A stretch of DNA of 64,000 nt from Deltaproteobacteria bacterium (GTDB lineage: Bacteria > Desulfobacterota > Desulfarculia > Adiutricales > Adiutricaceae): NCBI GenBank assembly GCA_031279515.1, contig JAITII010000111.1, positions 103 through 64,102 on the forward strand, read 5' to 3'. Shown here one piece after another: positions 20,389 through 30,432 of this stretch. Both the position numbers and the translations under genes were made by a program. Position 1 is the stretch's first letter, and each line of letters begins with the position of its first letter. Under the pieces are notes generated by a model. It ran no database searches and had not been told where the DNA came from. It worked only from the letters and a program-made list of their open reading frames with translations.

Positions 20389-20820
20389 TCACTTGGGACC
20401 TGTTATAGAAAGCTCACATGCACTGAAACTGAAACTCGTTTTGCCTCCCGGTTTGCACTCTGGTGCATCAGTAATCGTATATTTCCATTCAGCAGCCGGC
20501 GTAATCACGACTCCTCCACTAAAAGTTGTAGTATTGCCCTCGACTCTGTATTGACTTTCGTCAAAAGCTAAGTATACGCCTTGAGACATGGCATGCGCCT
20601 GAAAGACAGGCTGCCCTTTGAAGATAAGAGTCGTATAGGAAATTTTTTTGCCTGTTGCCACGTCTACAAACTGGAAAGATGTTGGAACTCCATTTAATGT
20701 CTCCATCTCTACCCTCAGCGTTGGCTCTTCTCCGCAACCAAACAATAGGGATAAAGACATCATTACGCAGGCAATCAAACAGGCTGCCTTTCCAAATACC
20801 ATTTTTTTCTTTGTTTTCAT
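20389..20820 (-). CDS. Putative lipoprotein, unknown function
   Basis: The start is taken at ATG 20820 (MKTKKKMVFGKAACLIACVMMSLSLLFGCGEE, a signal peptide with a lipobox LFGC), preceded by GGAGA. I recognise no family. Confidence 0.5.
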   Translation of the reverse strand: MKTKKKMVFGKAACLIACVMMSLSLLFGCGEEPTLRVEMETLNGVPTSFQFVDVATGKKISYTTLIFKGQPVFQAHAMSQGVYLAFDESQYRVEGNTTTFSGGVVITPAAEWKYTITDAPECKPGGKTSFSFSACELSITGPK

Positions 20821-21164
20821 TAATAATCTCCGTTTTGCACAAGATGAATAAGATAAATTATGGGCAAAGGTATCGCGGCTCAATTGTACCCCGACTTAGT
20901 AAGCTGAACCTTCCCATGGCTAAAACTATGGGGTTTTTTAAAATGCCAGTCCCAGTTTTGCTGATGACTTAGCACCTAGTTGACCACCGCATATATTTCG
21001 TAAATCTATAATAAATGGTCAAAAGAAGCAAGCCTAAAGGGCAATCATCTAGGCTTTTTTGGCTTAGAGGCGATAAGCTTAACATTTAGAACTTGCAAAG
21101 ATATGCGAAATTTTAAAAGTAGCCTCTTTTCCGCATGTCCTATTCAATTTTAACTATTTTAGTG

Positions 21165-23242
21165 CACTAGCGTCCTGATTAAAATCAGCGTATGTGATAT
21201 AAGTAATAGCTATTTGTATCTTTTTAATATTAAAAATACATAAAAATATCTTTACAGTCTTATTTATACTATTTATATCAATTTAACATGAATTAAGTGA
21301 CATTTTGACATGCTTTTGATTTTGCGGTACGGTTTTTTGAAATTTTTTTCCTAGCATACTAGATATTGAGGTACCCATGACCATAAAAAAGTCTAACCTG
21401 CCGCTCATTGCCCAGATACTTTCCCTTATACCACGGAACCCTTTTAGAGCCCTTGTCGACAAATTTAACAGCGATAAGTCTTGTAGGGGGTTCGACTCGT
21501 GGACACATTTATGTACTATGGTAACTTGCCAGTTGGCCGGAGCAGAATCTTTAAGGGATTTGGTAGGAACCATTGCCACATCTCCGGAAAGGATACAGGA
21601 ACTTTTCTTGAGTAGACTCCCCACCAAATCAACCATTTAATACAACAATAAACGCAGAAATTGGGAGGTGTTCAAGGACGCTTTCGAGATGGTCTTGACC
21701 GAAATCAGAAGAAGATTACCTAGTAGTGGAAGGCGCTTCTCCTTCGAAAACCCATTTTTTTCTCTTGATTCATCCACCATAAGCCTCAGCCTCAAAGTAT
21801 AATTGGGCGCATTACAGAACCTCCAAAGGTGGGTATTAAAATCCATACGCTTTTGGATAATGAGACTAACCTACCCAGATTTGTCAACGTGTCCGTTGCG
21901 AAAGAACATGATCTCATCGCCGCCAGGACACTCTCGCTCCCTAAAGAAAGCATTGTGGCGATGGATAGAGGATACGTAGATTACTCCTTGTTTTACAGAT
22001 GGACAACGGAAGGGATCTTTTTCGGTACCAGGTCAAAAGAAAATATGAACTACGACGTCATCAAAGAGTTGGATACCCTCAAGTCTGAAAGTCAGCCTTA
22101 TGAGCCATCTCTTAATAAGGAAGACAAAAGAAAAGGCAAGAATACCGCCAAAAAAGCCAAAAAGGCAAGGGGACATAAGGAAAAGAAGTTGCTTGCCAAG
22201 AGTTCCCGCATACCTTGCCAAGTTTTAAAGGATCAGGTTATCCGCCTGAGAAGCAAGAAAGCCTATGAGGATTGCCCTTAGGGCTGGCGGCTGGTAACCA
22301 TTATAGATCCAATCAAGCAATCCAAATTGCAATTCATTACGAATAAATTTGATCTGTCCCCCCGAACCATTGCTGATTTATACCGGGAACGGTGGGAGGT
22401 AGAATTATTCTTCAAATGTATCAAGCAAAGTTTGATAATTAAGTCCTTTCTTGGAGTTTCGGAAAATGCCGTCCGCATTCAAATTTACACAGCCTTAACA
22501 GCCGTGCTGCTCGTGAAGTATCTTCAGTTTCTTCCAACCAAGGTCAGCTGGAATTTCTCTAACCTAATACACCTGCTAAGAATTAACTGGTTCACTTACT
22601 TGGTACTCCTTGATTGGCTCGAAGTACCGCACTGCGATAAAAAGCCGCCACCAAAAGAAGCCCCGCCTATACAGGCCAACAAACTCTTTTAACACTACCA
22701 ACGTTCTCCAATCGCTAGAAACTTTTAATATCCAACATTAGTACTCCTAGGGAATCCTTTTCTCCTTTTTAAATAGGACAGCTAAATGGCTTGATTTTAC
22801 GCCATTTCCAAAGCCATTTCCGATTGAGCAAACTTAGGTTGAGGTGAAATCATGAATAAAGCTTGATGAAAACATGATACCCAGAAATAAAAAAATTGAA
22901 GTTTTTTATCGATCGAAAAATAGAGGCATCTGATTAGGACAGCTGCTTCTCTGAACCTGTAAAAGAGGCGATAAATGGGGTGTTTAGCAAAAAGTATGCC
23001 AACTCAAATTCTAAAATCTGGACAATACAATATGTGGACGCCTCCTCCGGGGAAAAAATTTGGGCATCGCTCTCTTTTGGCCACTTGCTTTCCCTTTTGG
23101 GAGGGGATTTTGGCTGACGCCAAAGGGGTCTTTAAAGGGGTCTTTCACTGTAGATCTTCAAAAATTCCTGCGATAAGCCTGTATTTAAGCCACTATCAGA
23201 TGGTCTCAACCAGGAAAAAAACCTGCTTTTAGGACGCTAGTG
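21165..23242 (+). mobile_element. IS4-family insertion sequence (2078 bp) with a decayed transposase
   Basis: Perfect 12-bp terminal inverted repeats: CACTAGCGTCCT (21165-21176) and AGGACGCTAGTG (23231-23242). They are flanked by a perfect 9-bp direct repeat ATTTTAGTG (21156-21164 and 23243-23251), consistent with a target-site duplication. Confidence 0.75.
21377..22692 (+). pseudogene. IS4-family DDE transposase (DUF4372-type N-terminus), disrupted
   Basis: Three track ORFs (21377-21640, 21829-22281, 22327-22692) plus unlisted pieces form one transposase (..YNNKRRNWEVFKDAF.., ..WAHYRTSKGG/IKIHTLLD.., ..DRGYVDYSLF.., ..YRERWEVELFFKCIKQ..). The gene is interrupted by an in-frame TAA (21638), at least two frameshifts near 21790-21830, and an in-frame TAG (22279). 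Confidence 0.75.
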
Positions 23243-23529
23243 ATTTTAGTGGTATTTATATACTTTTTTGCGCCTTTCTGATTAAGAGAAGTTTTACGAG
23301 ACTTTCAGATTCTTGGATATCCAACTCTATAAAGACGTTGTAGTTCATACTGCAAAGAGAAATACGAAAAAGTGAAAATGTTTAAAAATACAAAGAATAC
23401 AAGGCTTTTAAATGTCCAATAATTATCATCCGGTAATACTTAAAATCAAGTTAGCCCCAGAAAATTAGCTCTAAAAAAAACCTAAGATCTTTCCCATATC
23501 TTACATTTAAGGCATTTTAAACAAACTAT

Positions 23530-24351
23530 TTACCCAACGAGCCAGGGCTTCATAAAATCTGCAGCGCTTTTGCCCTCTTCCAGGTGCTTTACTAGTGCGC
23601 TCCCGAAGATAACGGCATCAGGGGTGCTGGAAAGCCCCCTTACCTGCCCTGGTTCTTTTAAGCCAAAACCCAAGGCTAAAGGTAGGGAAAAAACACTGCG
23701 GGCCCTTGTAAGTGTATCTATCGCCTCCGGGGGAAGACCCTCACGGGCACCTGTTATGCCCATGACTGACACCACGTAGACATAGCCTTTGGCTGTTTTG
23801 GCATATTCTTCCATCCTCTCAAGGGAAGTATTGGGTCCCACTAGGGCGATAAGATCTATGTCTTTTGCGGCTAAGGCTTTTTGGTAAGGGCCGGCTTCAT
23901 CCAATGGCACGTCAGGGATAATGACTCCCTTGATACCGGCTTTAAAAAGATGCTCAGCTAATATTTCCAGAGAGGCGTCTCTGATTTCCTCCAAACTGGT
24001 GCCATTTGCCTTTGACCAACCGTATTGTAAAAGGGGATTGGCGTAACTCATGATAACTAGCGGCACCTTGTATTTTCTCTCCATAAGACCATCTAGGAGC
24101 CAAGCCAAGCTAACGCCTCGGCTCAGAGCTCTATGGCTAGCTGCGGCAATGACCGGGCCATCTGCTACTGGGTCTGAAAAGGGTACCCCCAACTCTATGA
24201 TGTCGGCGCCATTTTCCTCAAGTTCCGCTAAAGTATCCCAAAAGGAGTCTTTATCCGGCACTCCTCCAGTCACAAAAGGGATACGGGCGCATCTCCCCTC
24301 TTCTTTTACCTTTAAAATGCATTCCGTCAATACCGATTCTTTCCCAGACAT
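23530..24351 (-). CDS. trpA: Tryptophan synthase alpha chain
   Basis: 273 aa with the hallmark motif ELGVPFSDPVADGPVI. It is the last gene of the trp operon. Confidence 0.95.
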   Translation of the reverse strand: MSGKESVLTECILKVKEEGRCARIPFVTGGVPDKDSFWDTLAELEENGADIIELGVPFSDPVADGPVIAAASHRALSRGVSLAWLLDGLMERKYKVPLVIMSYANPLLQYGWSKANGTSLEEIRDASLEILAEHLFKAGIKGVIIPDVPLDEAGPYQKALAAKDIDLIALVGPNTSLERMEEYAKTAKGYVYVVSVMGITGAREGLPPEAIDTLTRARSVFSLPLALGFGLKEPGQVRGLSSTPDAVIFGSALVKHLEEGKSAADFMKPWLVG

Positions 24352-24408
24352 TTTTATTTTCCTTGGTTTTATTAGAGCGTTTTTTCTCTTTTAACCTTAA
24401 AGCTTAGC

Positions 24409-25575
24409 TTAAAAATCCAAATGCTCTCTAGCTATATCAAGATCTTTATCACCCCTGCCCGAGAGATTTACTACCACTACTTGGTCTTTTTTTATCTCTT
24501 TGCGGTTTTCCAAAACCCAGGCCAGGGCGTGGGAGGACTCTAAAGCTGGGATGATGCCCTCGCTTTGAGAGAGGATCTTAAAGGCCTCAAGGGCTTTAAA
24601 ATCATTTACCAGCCCGTAATGAACCCTCCCTGTTGCGTTTAAAAAGGCATGTTCCGGTCCCACCGATGGGTAATCAAGACCTGCGGAAACTGAGTGGGAG
24701 GGGAGGATCTGCCCCTCTGGTGTCTGGAGGAGCATAGAGAATTGTCCGTGGAGAATGCCAGGTGAGCCTAGATTCAAGGGTGCTGAATTATAGCAGCCAG
24801 GGGTACCGGTACCCGCGGCCTCGACTCCCACCAGGGTCACATTTTTATCCTCTAGAAAATGGTAAAAGGCCCCTATGGAATTGGAGCCTCCTCCCACACA
24901 GGCTACCACTAAGTCCGGGTTTTTCTTTTCCCTGTCATTTATCTGCAATTTTATCTCTTGGCCTATTACCGATTGCAGATGGCGCACCAAGGTGGGAAAG
25001 GGATGGGGTCCTGCGGCAGTACCAAAGCAGTAATGCGTGTCGGCCTGAGAACTTATCCAGTACCTTAAGGCTTCATTTATGGCGTCTTTTAGGGTCTGGG
25101 TGCCATCTAGCACAGGCCTTACCTCGCAGCCTAAAAGGCGCATGCGGGCGACATTACTAGCCTGGCGCTCAACATCCACCTTACCCATGAAGACCAGGCA
25201 GGACATATTGAGCCTGGCTGCTGCTACTGCAGTAGCCACCCCGTGTTGGCCTGCCCCGGTCTCGGCTACTAGTCGGGTTTTCCCCATCCGTTTAGCCAAA
25301 AGTCCCTGACCTAAGGTGTTATTTATCTTGTGGGAGCCGCTGTGAAGTAGATCCTCTCTTTTCAAATAGAGCTTAAAGCCCAACTCACGGGAAAGATTGG
25401 GGCAGAAGGTGGAAGGGGTAGGCCTTCCGGCGTAGTGACACAAAAGAGAGTTAAGCTCAGAGGTATATAAAGGGTTGGTAAGGTAAGTCTCCATTGCCTT
25501 TTCCAACTCTTCCAAGGGTGGTACCAAAAGCTCAGGGACAAAACGCCCGCCAAAATCTCCAAAATAAGCCTTCAT
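24409..25575 (-). CDS. trpB: Tryptophan synthase beta chain
   Basis: 388 aa with the PLP-lysine motif LHSGSHKINN and motifs GGGSNSIG and ETGAGQHG. Confidence 0.95.
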   Translation of the reverse strand: MKAYFGDFGGRFVPELLVPPLEELEKAMETYLTNPLYTSELNSLLCHYAGRPTPSTFCPNLSRELGFKLYLKREDLLHSGSHKINNTLGQGLLAKRMGKTRLVAETGAGQHGVATAVAAARLNMSCLVFMGKVDVERQASNVARMRLLGCEVRPVLDGTQTLKDAINEALRYWISSQADTHYCFGTAAGPHPFPTLVRHLQSVIGQEIKLQINDREKKNPDLVVACVGGGSNSIGAFYHFLEDKNVTLVGVEAAGTGTPGCYNSAPLNLGSPGILHGQFSMLLQTPEGQILPSHSVSAGLDYPSVGPEHAFLNATGRVHYGLVNDFKALEAFKILSQSEGIIPALESSHALAWVLENRKEIKKDQVVVVNLSGRGDKDLDIAREHLDF

Positions 25576-25648
25576 GAATGCCTCACAAAAAAATTATTAT
25601 CTAAGCTATAAAACCAAAGACTGCATTAGAAAAAGAAGGGCCCCAGTA

Positions 25649-26413
25649 CTAAATATTTTGGGGACGCAAAAGAGAGGTAACCTTGCGCATAAGCTCTAAG
25701 TCCTTTACCCCTGGGGACTTTTCCACCCCGGAATTGAAATCCATGCCTATGAGGCTGGGGTATTCATTGGGCCAAAGGCCAAAAATATTGTCTGGTGCAA
25801 GGCCCCCTGCTAGTATGGAGGGCTTTTGCGTAAGGGAGAAAAAGCCAAGGCGGCTTTTTTCTATCCTCCTGCCATGGCCTCCTCCAGCAATTCCAGAGTC
25901 AAAGAGAAAAAAGGCGCAATGTGGTTCCCAGAGGCTTAAGGCTTCTTGAAGCTCATGGGGACTCTGGTAGCTTTCAGGCCAAATGACCCTTATTACCCTA
26001 GCTGCCCCTATCCTACTTGCAGCGGATATGTCCTGAGGCCCATGGAACTGGGCATAATCCAATCTCGCTTTTTCCATGATAGATATTATCAAGTCGAAAG
26101 TCTCATGGACAAAAACCCCTACCCTCTTACAAGCTCCAGTATCTATGGAAGCTGCCATTTCAGGTGCTATGTAGCGGGGACTTTCTGGACTAAAGATAAA
26201 GCCAATAAAATCGCAAGGTAGTCTGCGAGCAAAACTGGCCCCCTCTTGACTGGTAATGCCGCAAAACTTAATTAGGGGAAGGGAATTGAAATTGGAATTT
26301 CGCCCCATTTCCTCTATGGGCTCTAGGGAATTGAAATTGGAATTTCGCCCCATTTCTTCTGTAGGCTCTAAGGGAAAAGAGCCCCCTTCCTTATTTTCTT
26401 TCCTACTTTCCAC
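25649..26413 (-). CDS. trpF: Phosphoribosylanthranilate isomerase
   Basis: 254-aa ORF. The catalytic domain starts at LIKFCGIT. The N-terminus carries a duplicated 15-aa segment, so the start is ambiguous (26413, 26353 or 26308). Confidence 0.85.
   Translation of the reverse strand: MESRKENKEGGSFPLEPTEEMGRNSNFNSLEPIEEMGRNSNFNSLPLIKFCGITSQEGASFARRLPCDFIGFIFSPESPRYIAPEMAASIDTGACKRVGVFVHETFDLIISIMEKARLDYAQFHGPQDISAASRIGAARVIRVIWPESYQSPHELQEALSLWEPHCAFFLFDSGIAGGGHGRRIEKSRLGFFSLTQKPSILAGGLAPDNIFGLWPNEYPSLIGMDFNSGVEKSPGVKDLELMRKVTSLLRPQNI
26270..26359. repeat. 45-bp tandem duplication (2 copies, 3 mismatches) inside the 5' end of trpF
   Basis: Copy 1 (26270-26314) is AGGGAATTGAAATTGGAATTTCGCCCCATTTCCTCTATGGGCTCT. 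Copy 2 (26315-26359) is AGGGAATTGAAATTGGAATTTCGCCCCATTTCTTCTGTAGGCTCT. On the coding strand they translate as EP(T/I)EEMGRNSNFNSL twice. Confidence 0.9.
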
Positions 26414-27251
26414 GGGCTAAGGCCTCCATATAGCTTTTTAGCTTTTCTTTGGGAAGTCCCCCATCCATAAGAGACGTGCCAATTAGTACTGCCATGAAAC
26501 CCATCTTGCGGCAGATCCTTAGATCTGACGCGCAAATAATCCCGCTAGCTGCTATCCAAAATTCCCCAGCTATTGGAGGATACTCATCAATAAGGCGCAG
26601 ACTATTAATAGGGTCAAGCTTTAAGGTTTCTAAATCCCTAGCATTTACTAAGATTATCTTGGCACCCGCTGAGCGGGCAATGTCTAAATCCTCAGAAGAG
26701 TATACCTCAACCACAGGTGAGATATTTAAGCTCTCAGAAAGGAGGATTAGGGCCCTTAAGTCTGCCACAGATGGGGTGAGCCGCACTATCAAAAGGACCG
26801 CTGAGGCCGGGGTAAGTGCCGTGGCATAGAGTTGGAGTGGATGGTAGATAAAGTCTTTACGCAATATCGGTATGCCGTGGCCAGACATCTTAGCTAGATA
26901 TTCCGTACTGCCTTTAAAAAATTTTTCCTCAGTTAAAACGGAAAAGGCGTCAGCTTCCATGAGGGCCTTGACCGCATCCTCTGGGCTTAAGGTAAGTAAA
27001 ATGTCACCCTTGGAAGGTGAGGCCCTCTTGTATTCGGCTATGATGGCAAGACCGCGGGCCTTTAGCCCCTTAGAGAGGGCCTCTAGAAATACCCCAGGCC
27101 CTACCGAAAGGCAGGCCCTATAGGCTTTGATCTCTTCTCTTAAGGCCTCGGGGCCTTTTTCTTTTAAGTGCTCTATTTCCTCTTCTTTGGCATGTTTAAA
27201 GGCCTTAAGGCCCAAGGTGGGTAATAGCTCCTTTTCATTTAACTGCGGCAT
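26403..27251 (-). CDS. trpC: Indole-3-glycerol phosphate synthase
   Basis: 282 aa with the hallmark motif IAEYKRASPSKG and a (beta/alpha)8 motif pattern. It overlaps the longest trpF ORF by 11 nt. Confidence 0.93.
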   Translation of the reverse strand: MPQLNEKELLPTLGLKAFKHAKEEEIEHLKEKGPEALREEIKAYRACLSVGPGVFLEALSKGLKARGLAIIAEYKRASPSKGDILLTLSPEDAVKALMEADAFSVLTEEKFFKGSTEYLAKMSGHGIPILRKDFIYHPLQLYATALTPASAVLLIVRLTPSVADLRALILLSESLNISPVVEVYSSEDLDIARSAGAKIILVNARDLETLKLDPINSLRLIDEYPPIAGEFWIAASGIICASDLRICRKMGFMAVLIGTSLMDGGLPKEKLKSYMEALARGK

Positions 27252-27324
27252 ATTTTGCCCCCTTTTTGCTTAATTGTATTATAGACCAAAGGAAATTACA
27301 GCTTCTGCCGCCAAAGGCCTTATT

Positions 27325-28929
27325 TTACGGGATGAGGGCCCCAGCAGAGCCAGAAGCTAAGGCCGAGGCCGCTTCGCTGACGCAAGCTTTTATGCCCTTG
27401 CCTGTTAAGAGATGGAGGGCCAAGCCCGTATTAAAAGAGAGCATTTCCGCCATGGGCTTGGGGCCCTTCCCATTTAAAAGCTCTCTTAAGACCTGGGCGC
27501 CTTCTTCGGGGTCCTTGATGGCTAAATCCTCCGGGGTGCAGGGGGATAGCCCATAATCTTTGGGATCTAAGGTGAGGCTTTCTATCTTTCCTTCCCTGAC
27601 TATCCTTACCTGGGCAGGACCCATGGGGGTAAGCTCGTCATAACCTCCGGCACCGTGCACCACAGCCGAGATACTACCGCCCATGCGGGCCAAGGCCCCG
27701 GCCATGAGGTCCAAGAGTTCACTTTGATAGACCCCTATGAGCCTGTGGGTGGGCATGGCCGGGTTTACTAAGGGGCCCAAGATATTAAAGAGGGTACGCA
27801 CCCCCAACTCCCGGCGGACAGGCATAATATATTTGAAGGCAGGGTGATAGTGGGGGGCAAAGAGAAAGACAAAGTTATTTTTAGCTAGCTCCTGGGGCAC
27901 TCTTTCCGGGGGCACCTCTATATTAAAGCCCAAGCGCTCTAAGACATCGGCGCTCCCTGACTTGGAGGACACGGAACGGTTCCCATGCTTTAGGACCTTG
28001 TGGCCCAAGGAGGCGCACAGTAAGCTTGTGCCAGTGGAACAGTTGAAGGAAAAGCGATTGTCACCACCTGTCCCTACCACGTCCAGGGTGGGACCTGTCA
28101 CCTGGGGTACCCTTCCAGCCCTCTTTAAGACCGAGGTGGCGGCAGCTGCCACCTCCACCGGGGTCTCGCCTTTGACCCTCAAGGCCAAGAGCAGTGCCCC
28201 GGCCTGAGCCTGGGACAGTTCTCCGTCCATGAGCCTTTCAAAGATCTGCCCTGCCATGGTGGGGCTTAGATCACCCCTTAAACCCAGCTCCTCAAAGATA
28301 TTGGAAAGGGGAATGGGGGGCTTTAAGGGGATAAGGGGCGCCTTTCTGTCTCCGGTTAAGAAGTTTTCCAAGAGATCCCTCCCCTCGGGGGTCAAGACGG
28401 ATTCCGGATGGAACTGCACCCCGCTCCAGGGCTGATCTTCGTAACTTAGAGCCATGAGTTCGCCCTTATCGCTTCGGGCTGTCACCTTAAACTTATGCCT
28501 GAGCTCGGATTCTGGCTCCGAGACCAAAAGGGAGTGATAGCGACCCACCAACATTTGTTGGGGTAGACCGGAAAAGATCCCCTCCCCTGTGTGGGTAATG
28601 GGCGACACCTTGCCGTGCATGATCCGTCCGGCTACAACTACCTTGGAGCCTGCAAATTCTCCCAGGACCTGATGCCCCAGACATACCCCCAATACGGGCA
28701 CCTTTTTCTCCCTTTGGGACAAGAGCTCCAAGAATTTCTCGCACAGGCCCGCCTGTGCCGGGTGCCCTGGTCCGGGGGAAAGGCACACCCTTTCCAAAGC
28801 TGGATCTTTGGCAAGCTCTAAGAGCTTATTGTCGTCATTGCGCAATACCTTGGGGTCCTGTCCTAGGGACTGGAAACTCTGGGCGAGATTATAGGTAAAG
28901 GAATCGTAATTATCGATAAGTAGAAACAT
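27325..28929 (-). CDS. trpGD: Bifunctional anthranilate synthase component II (glutamine amidotransferase) / anthranilate phosphoribosyltransferase
   Basis: The start is taken at ATG 28929 (MFLLIDNYDSFTYNL), 11 nt after the trpE stop. The GATase Cys motif is GVCLGHQ. The C-terminal TrpD half carries DVVGTGGDN and KHGNRS. Confidence 0.9.
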   Translation of the reverse strand: MFLLIDNYDSFTYNLAQSFQSLGQDPKVLRNDDNKLLELAKDPALERVCLSPGPGHPAQAGLCEKFLELLSQREKKVPVLGVCLGHQVLGEFAGSKVVVAGRIMHGKVSPITHTGEGIFSGLPQQMLVGRYHSLLVSEPESELRHKFKVTARSDKGELMALSYEDQPWSGVQFHPESVLTPEGRDLLENFLTGDRKAPLIPLKPPIPLSNIFEELGLRGDLSPTMAGQIFERLMDGELSQAQAGALLLALRVKGETPVEVAAAATSVLKRAGRVPQVTGPTLDVVGTGGDNRFSFNCSTGTSLLCASLGHKVLKHGNRSVSSKSGSADVLERLGFNIEVPPERVPQELAKNNFVFLFAPHYHPAFKYIMPVRRELGVRTLFNILGPLVNPAMPTHRLIGVYQSELLDLMAGALARMGGSISAVVHGAGGYDELTPMGPAQVRIVREGKIESLTLDPKDYGLSPCTPEDLAIKDPEEGAQVLRELLNGKGPKPMAEMLSFNTGLALHLLTGKGIKACVSEAASALASGSAGALIP

Positions 28930-28940
28930 GTTTTTCCCCC

Positions 28941-30326
28941 TTATAGCTTTTGTCCGCAATGCAAAAGAGCTTGCCTTATAGCCTCGGCCTTGTTCTGACA
29001 CTCCCTCCACTCATCATAGGGATCCGAATCGTAGACTAGGCCCCCTCCGGCCCGGAAGTTAACCTTGCCGTCTCTTATCCAGGCTGCCCTAATGGTGATG
29101 CCGAAGTCTAGATCCACACTACCCTTATCGAGGCCAAACCAGCCAATAGCCCCGGCATAGGGTCCCCTGGGCCCTTTTTCCATCTTGGCTATGAGCTCCA
29201 TGGCCCTTATCTTGGGAGCCCCTGAAACAGTCCCGGCTGGAAAGGTGGCCTTTACCACGTCTAAGGCATCCAAATTTTCCTTTAGCTTGGCCTTTAACTG
29301 GGAGGTAAGGTGCATGACGTGGGAAAACCTTTCTACGTCCATAAACCTTTCCACTGTAACGCTTCCAGCTTGCGCCACCTTCCCTAAATCATTGCGTCCC
29401 AGGTCCACCAGCATTACATGTTCAGCCTGCTCCTTAAAATTATTAACGAGCTCCACTTCAAAGAGATTGTCCTCCTCCTCATTGGCACCCCTGGGCCTGG
29501 TTCCGGCTATGGGACACAATCTCAATTCCCCGCCAGTGCAGCTTACCAAGACCTCCGGGGAAGAGACTACTAAGCTGAGTTCTGGGAACTGCATATGGAA
29601 CATGTAGGGAGATGGATTCAAAAGCCTTAGGGCCCTGTAGAGATCCAAAGGCGGCCCCATATAGGGCGCCTCATAGCCCACAGATAGGACCAGCTGGATT
29701 AGCTCACCCTCTCCTATTAGCTTTTTAGCCTCCCGGACCTTGTCCATATGCTCTTCCATGGAAGGGGTAACTTTATAGCCCCCGTTTAGCTGGGGGGAGA
29801 CTATTTTTAAGTCCTCCTCTAGAGCCGGGCCCTCCAAGGCCAGTTCCGTAACCCGGCCGTAGGCGTGGTCAAAGAGAAAGACCTTTTCCGGTAGGACGAA
29901 GATTGACTCTGCTTGGCTAGCTGGGACCAATGGGGCCAGGTGAGGTTCAATGAGGCTTACAAGCCCGTAGCCCAAATATCCATACAGGCCTCTAGTTATC
30001 GAGGGGAGGCCCAAGGCCTTAGGATCGGGTTCCACTTCTAAGGAGGAAAGGACCTTCTGTAAACCCATGAAAAAAGGAAGCCCGCTGTGCCCTTTTAAAG
30101 GAGCCAAAGCTGGCACCTTGGTCTCCACCTCCAAAAAACCATCTTTGACCTTAAGTTTCATTAGGATTCCGGCTGCCAACACGCTATAGCGTCCCCAGCG
30201 TCCGCCAATCTCAGCGCTCTCCAAAAGTATCCCGGCCCCTTTGGTGCCCACCTTTTCCATGAAAAGGCTGATGGGAGTCAACAAATCGCTTTCCAATTGG
30301 CGCGCCTTCTGGGTCAAGGTAATCAT
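28941..30326 (-). CDS. trpE: Anthranilate synthase component I
   Basis: Motifs LVDLGRNDLG, GTVSGAPK and GAIGWFG. The start is taken at ATG 30326 (MITLTQKA), preceded by AAGGGGA. The track's TTG start at 30347 lies inside the attenuator U-tract. Confidence 0.93.
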   Translation of the reverse strand: MITLTQKARQLESDLLTPISLFMEKVGTKGAGILLESAEIGGRWGRYSVLAAGILMKLKVKDGFLEVETKVPALAPLKGHSGLPFFMGLQKVLSSLEVEPDPKALGLPSITRGLYGYLGYGLVSLIEPHLAPLVPASQAESIFVLPEKVFLFDHAYGRVTELALEGPALEEDLKIVSPQLNGGYKVTPSMEEHMDKVREAKKLIGEGELIQLVLSVGYEAPYMGPPLDLYRALRLLNPSPYMFHMQFPELSLVVSSPEVLVSCTGGELRLCPIAGTRPRGANEEEDNLFEVELVNNFKEQAEHVMLVDLGRNDLGKVAQAGSVTVERFMDVERFSHVMHLTSQLKAKLKENLDALDVVKATFPAGTVSGAPKIRAMELIAKMEKGPRGPYAGAIGWFGLDKGSVDLDFGITIRAAWIRDGKVNFRAGGGLVYDSDPYDEWRECQNKAEAIRQALLHCGQKL

Positions 30327-30345
30327 GTAAATCCCCTTTTTTTGC

Positions 30346-30383
30346 AAAAAAAAACCACGGCCCTAAAAAAAGAACCGTGGTTT
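30346..30383 (-). terminator. Rho-independent terminator of the trp attenuator
   Basis: The minus-strand RNA reads AAACCACGG-(14 nt)-CCGTGGTTT followed by TTTTTT, about 20 nt upstream of the trpE ATG. The left arm can alternatively pair with ACCGTGG (30440-30446) at the end of the leader ORF. Confidence 0.7.
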
Positions 30384-30432
30384 ATGAAATCCGTCCGGAC
30401 TATATATAGATGATGGTCTTGGGTCCGGCTTT

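Noticed and set aside
22279-22281. The in-frame TAG inside the IS4-family transposase as a second pyrrolysine codon. Pyl-containing transposases have been discussed in methanogens.
   Set aside because: The same gene also carries an in-frame TAA and at least two frameshifts. It is a pseudogene regardless of how UAG is read.
26270-26359. Tandem repeats as a possible CRISPR or minisatellite array. The window was also scanned in general for CRISPR-like repeat-spacer patterns.
   Set aside because: There are only two directly adjacent copies with no spacers, in frame within trpF. I saw no repeat-spacer architecture and no cas genes anywhere in the window.
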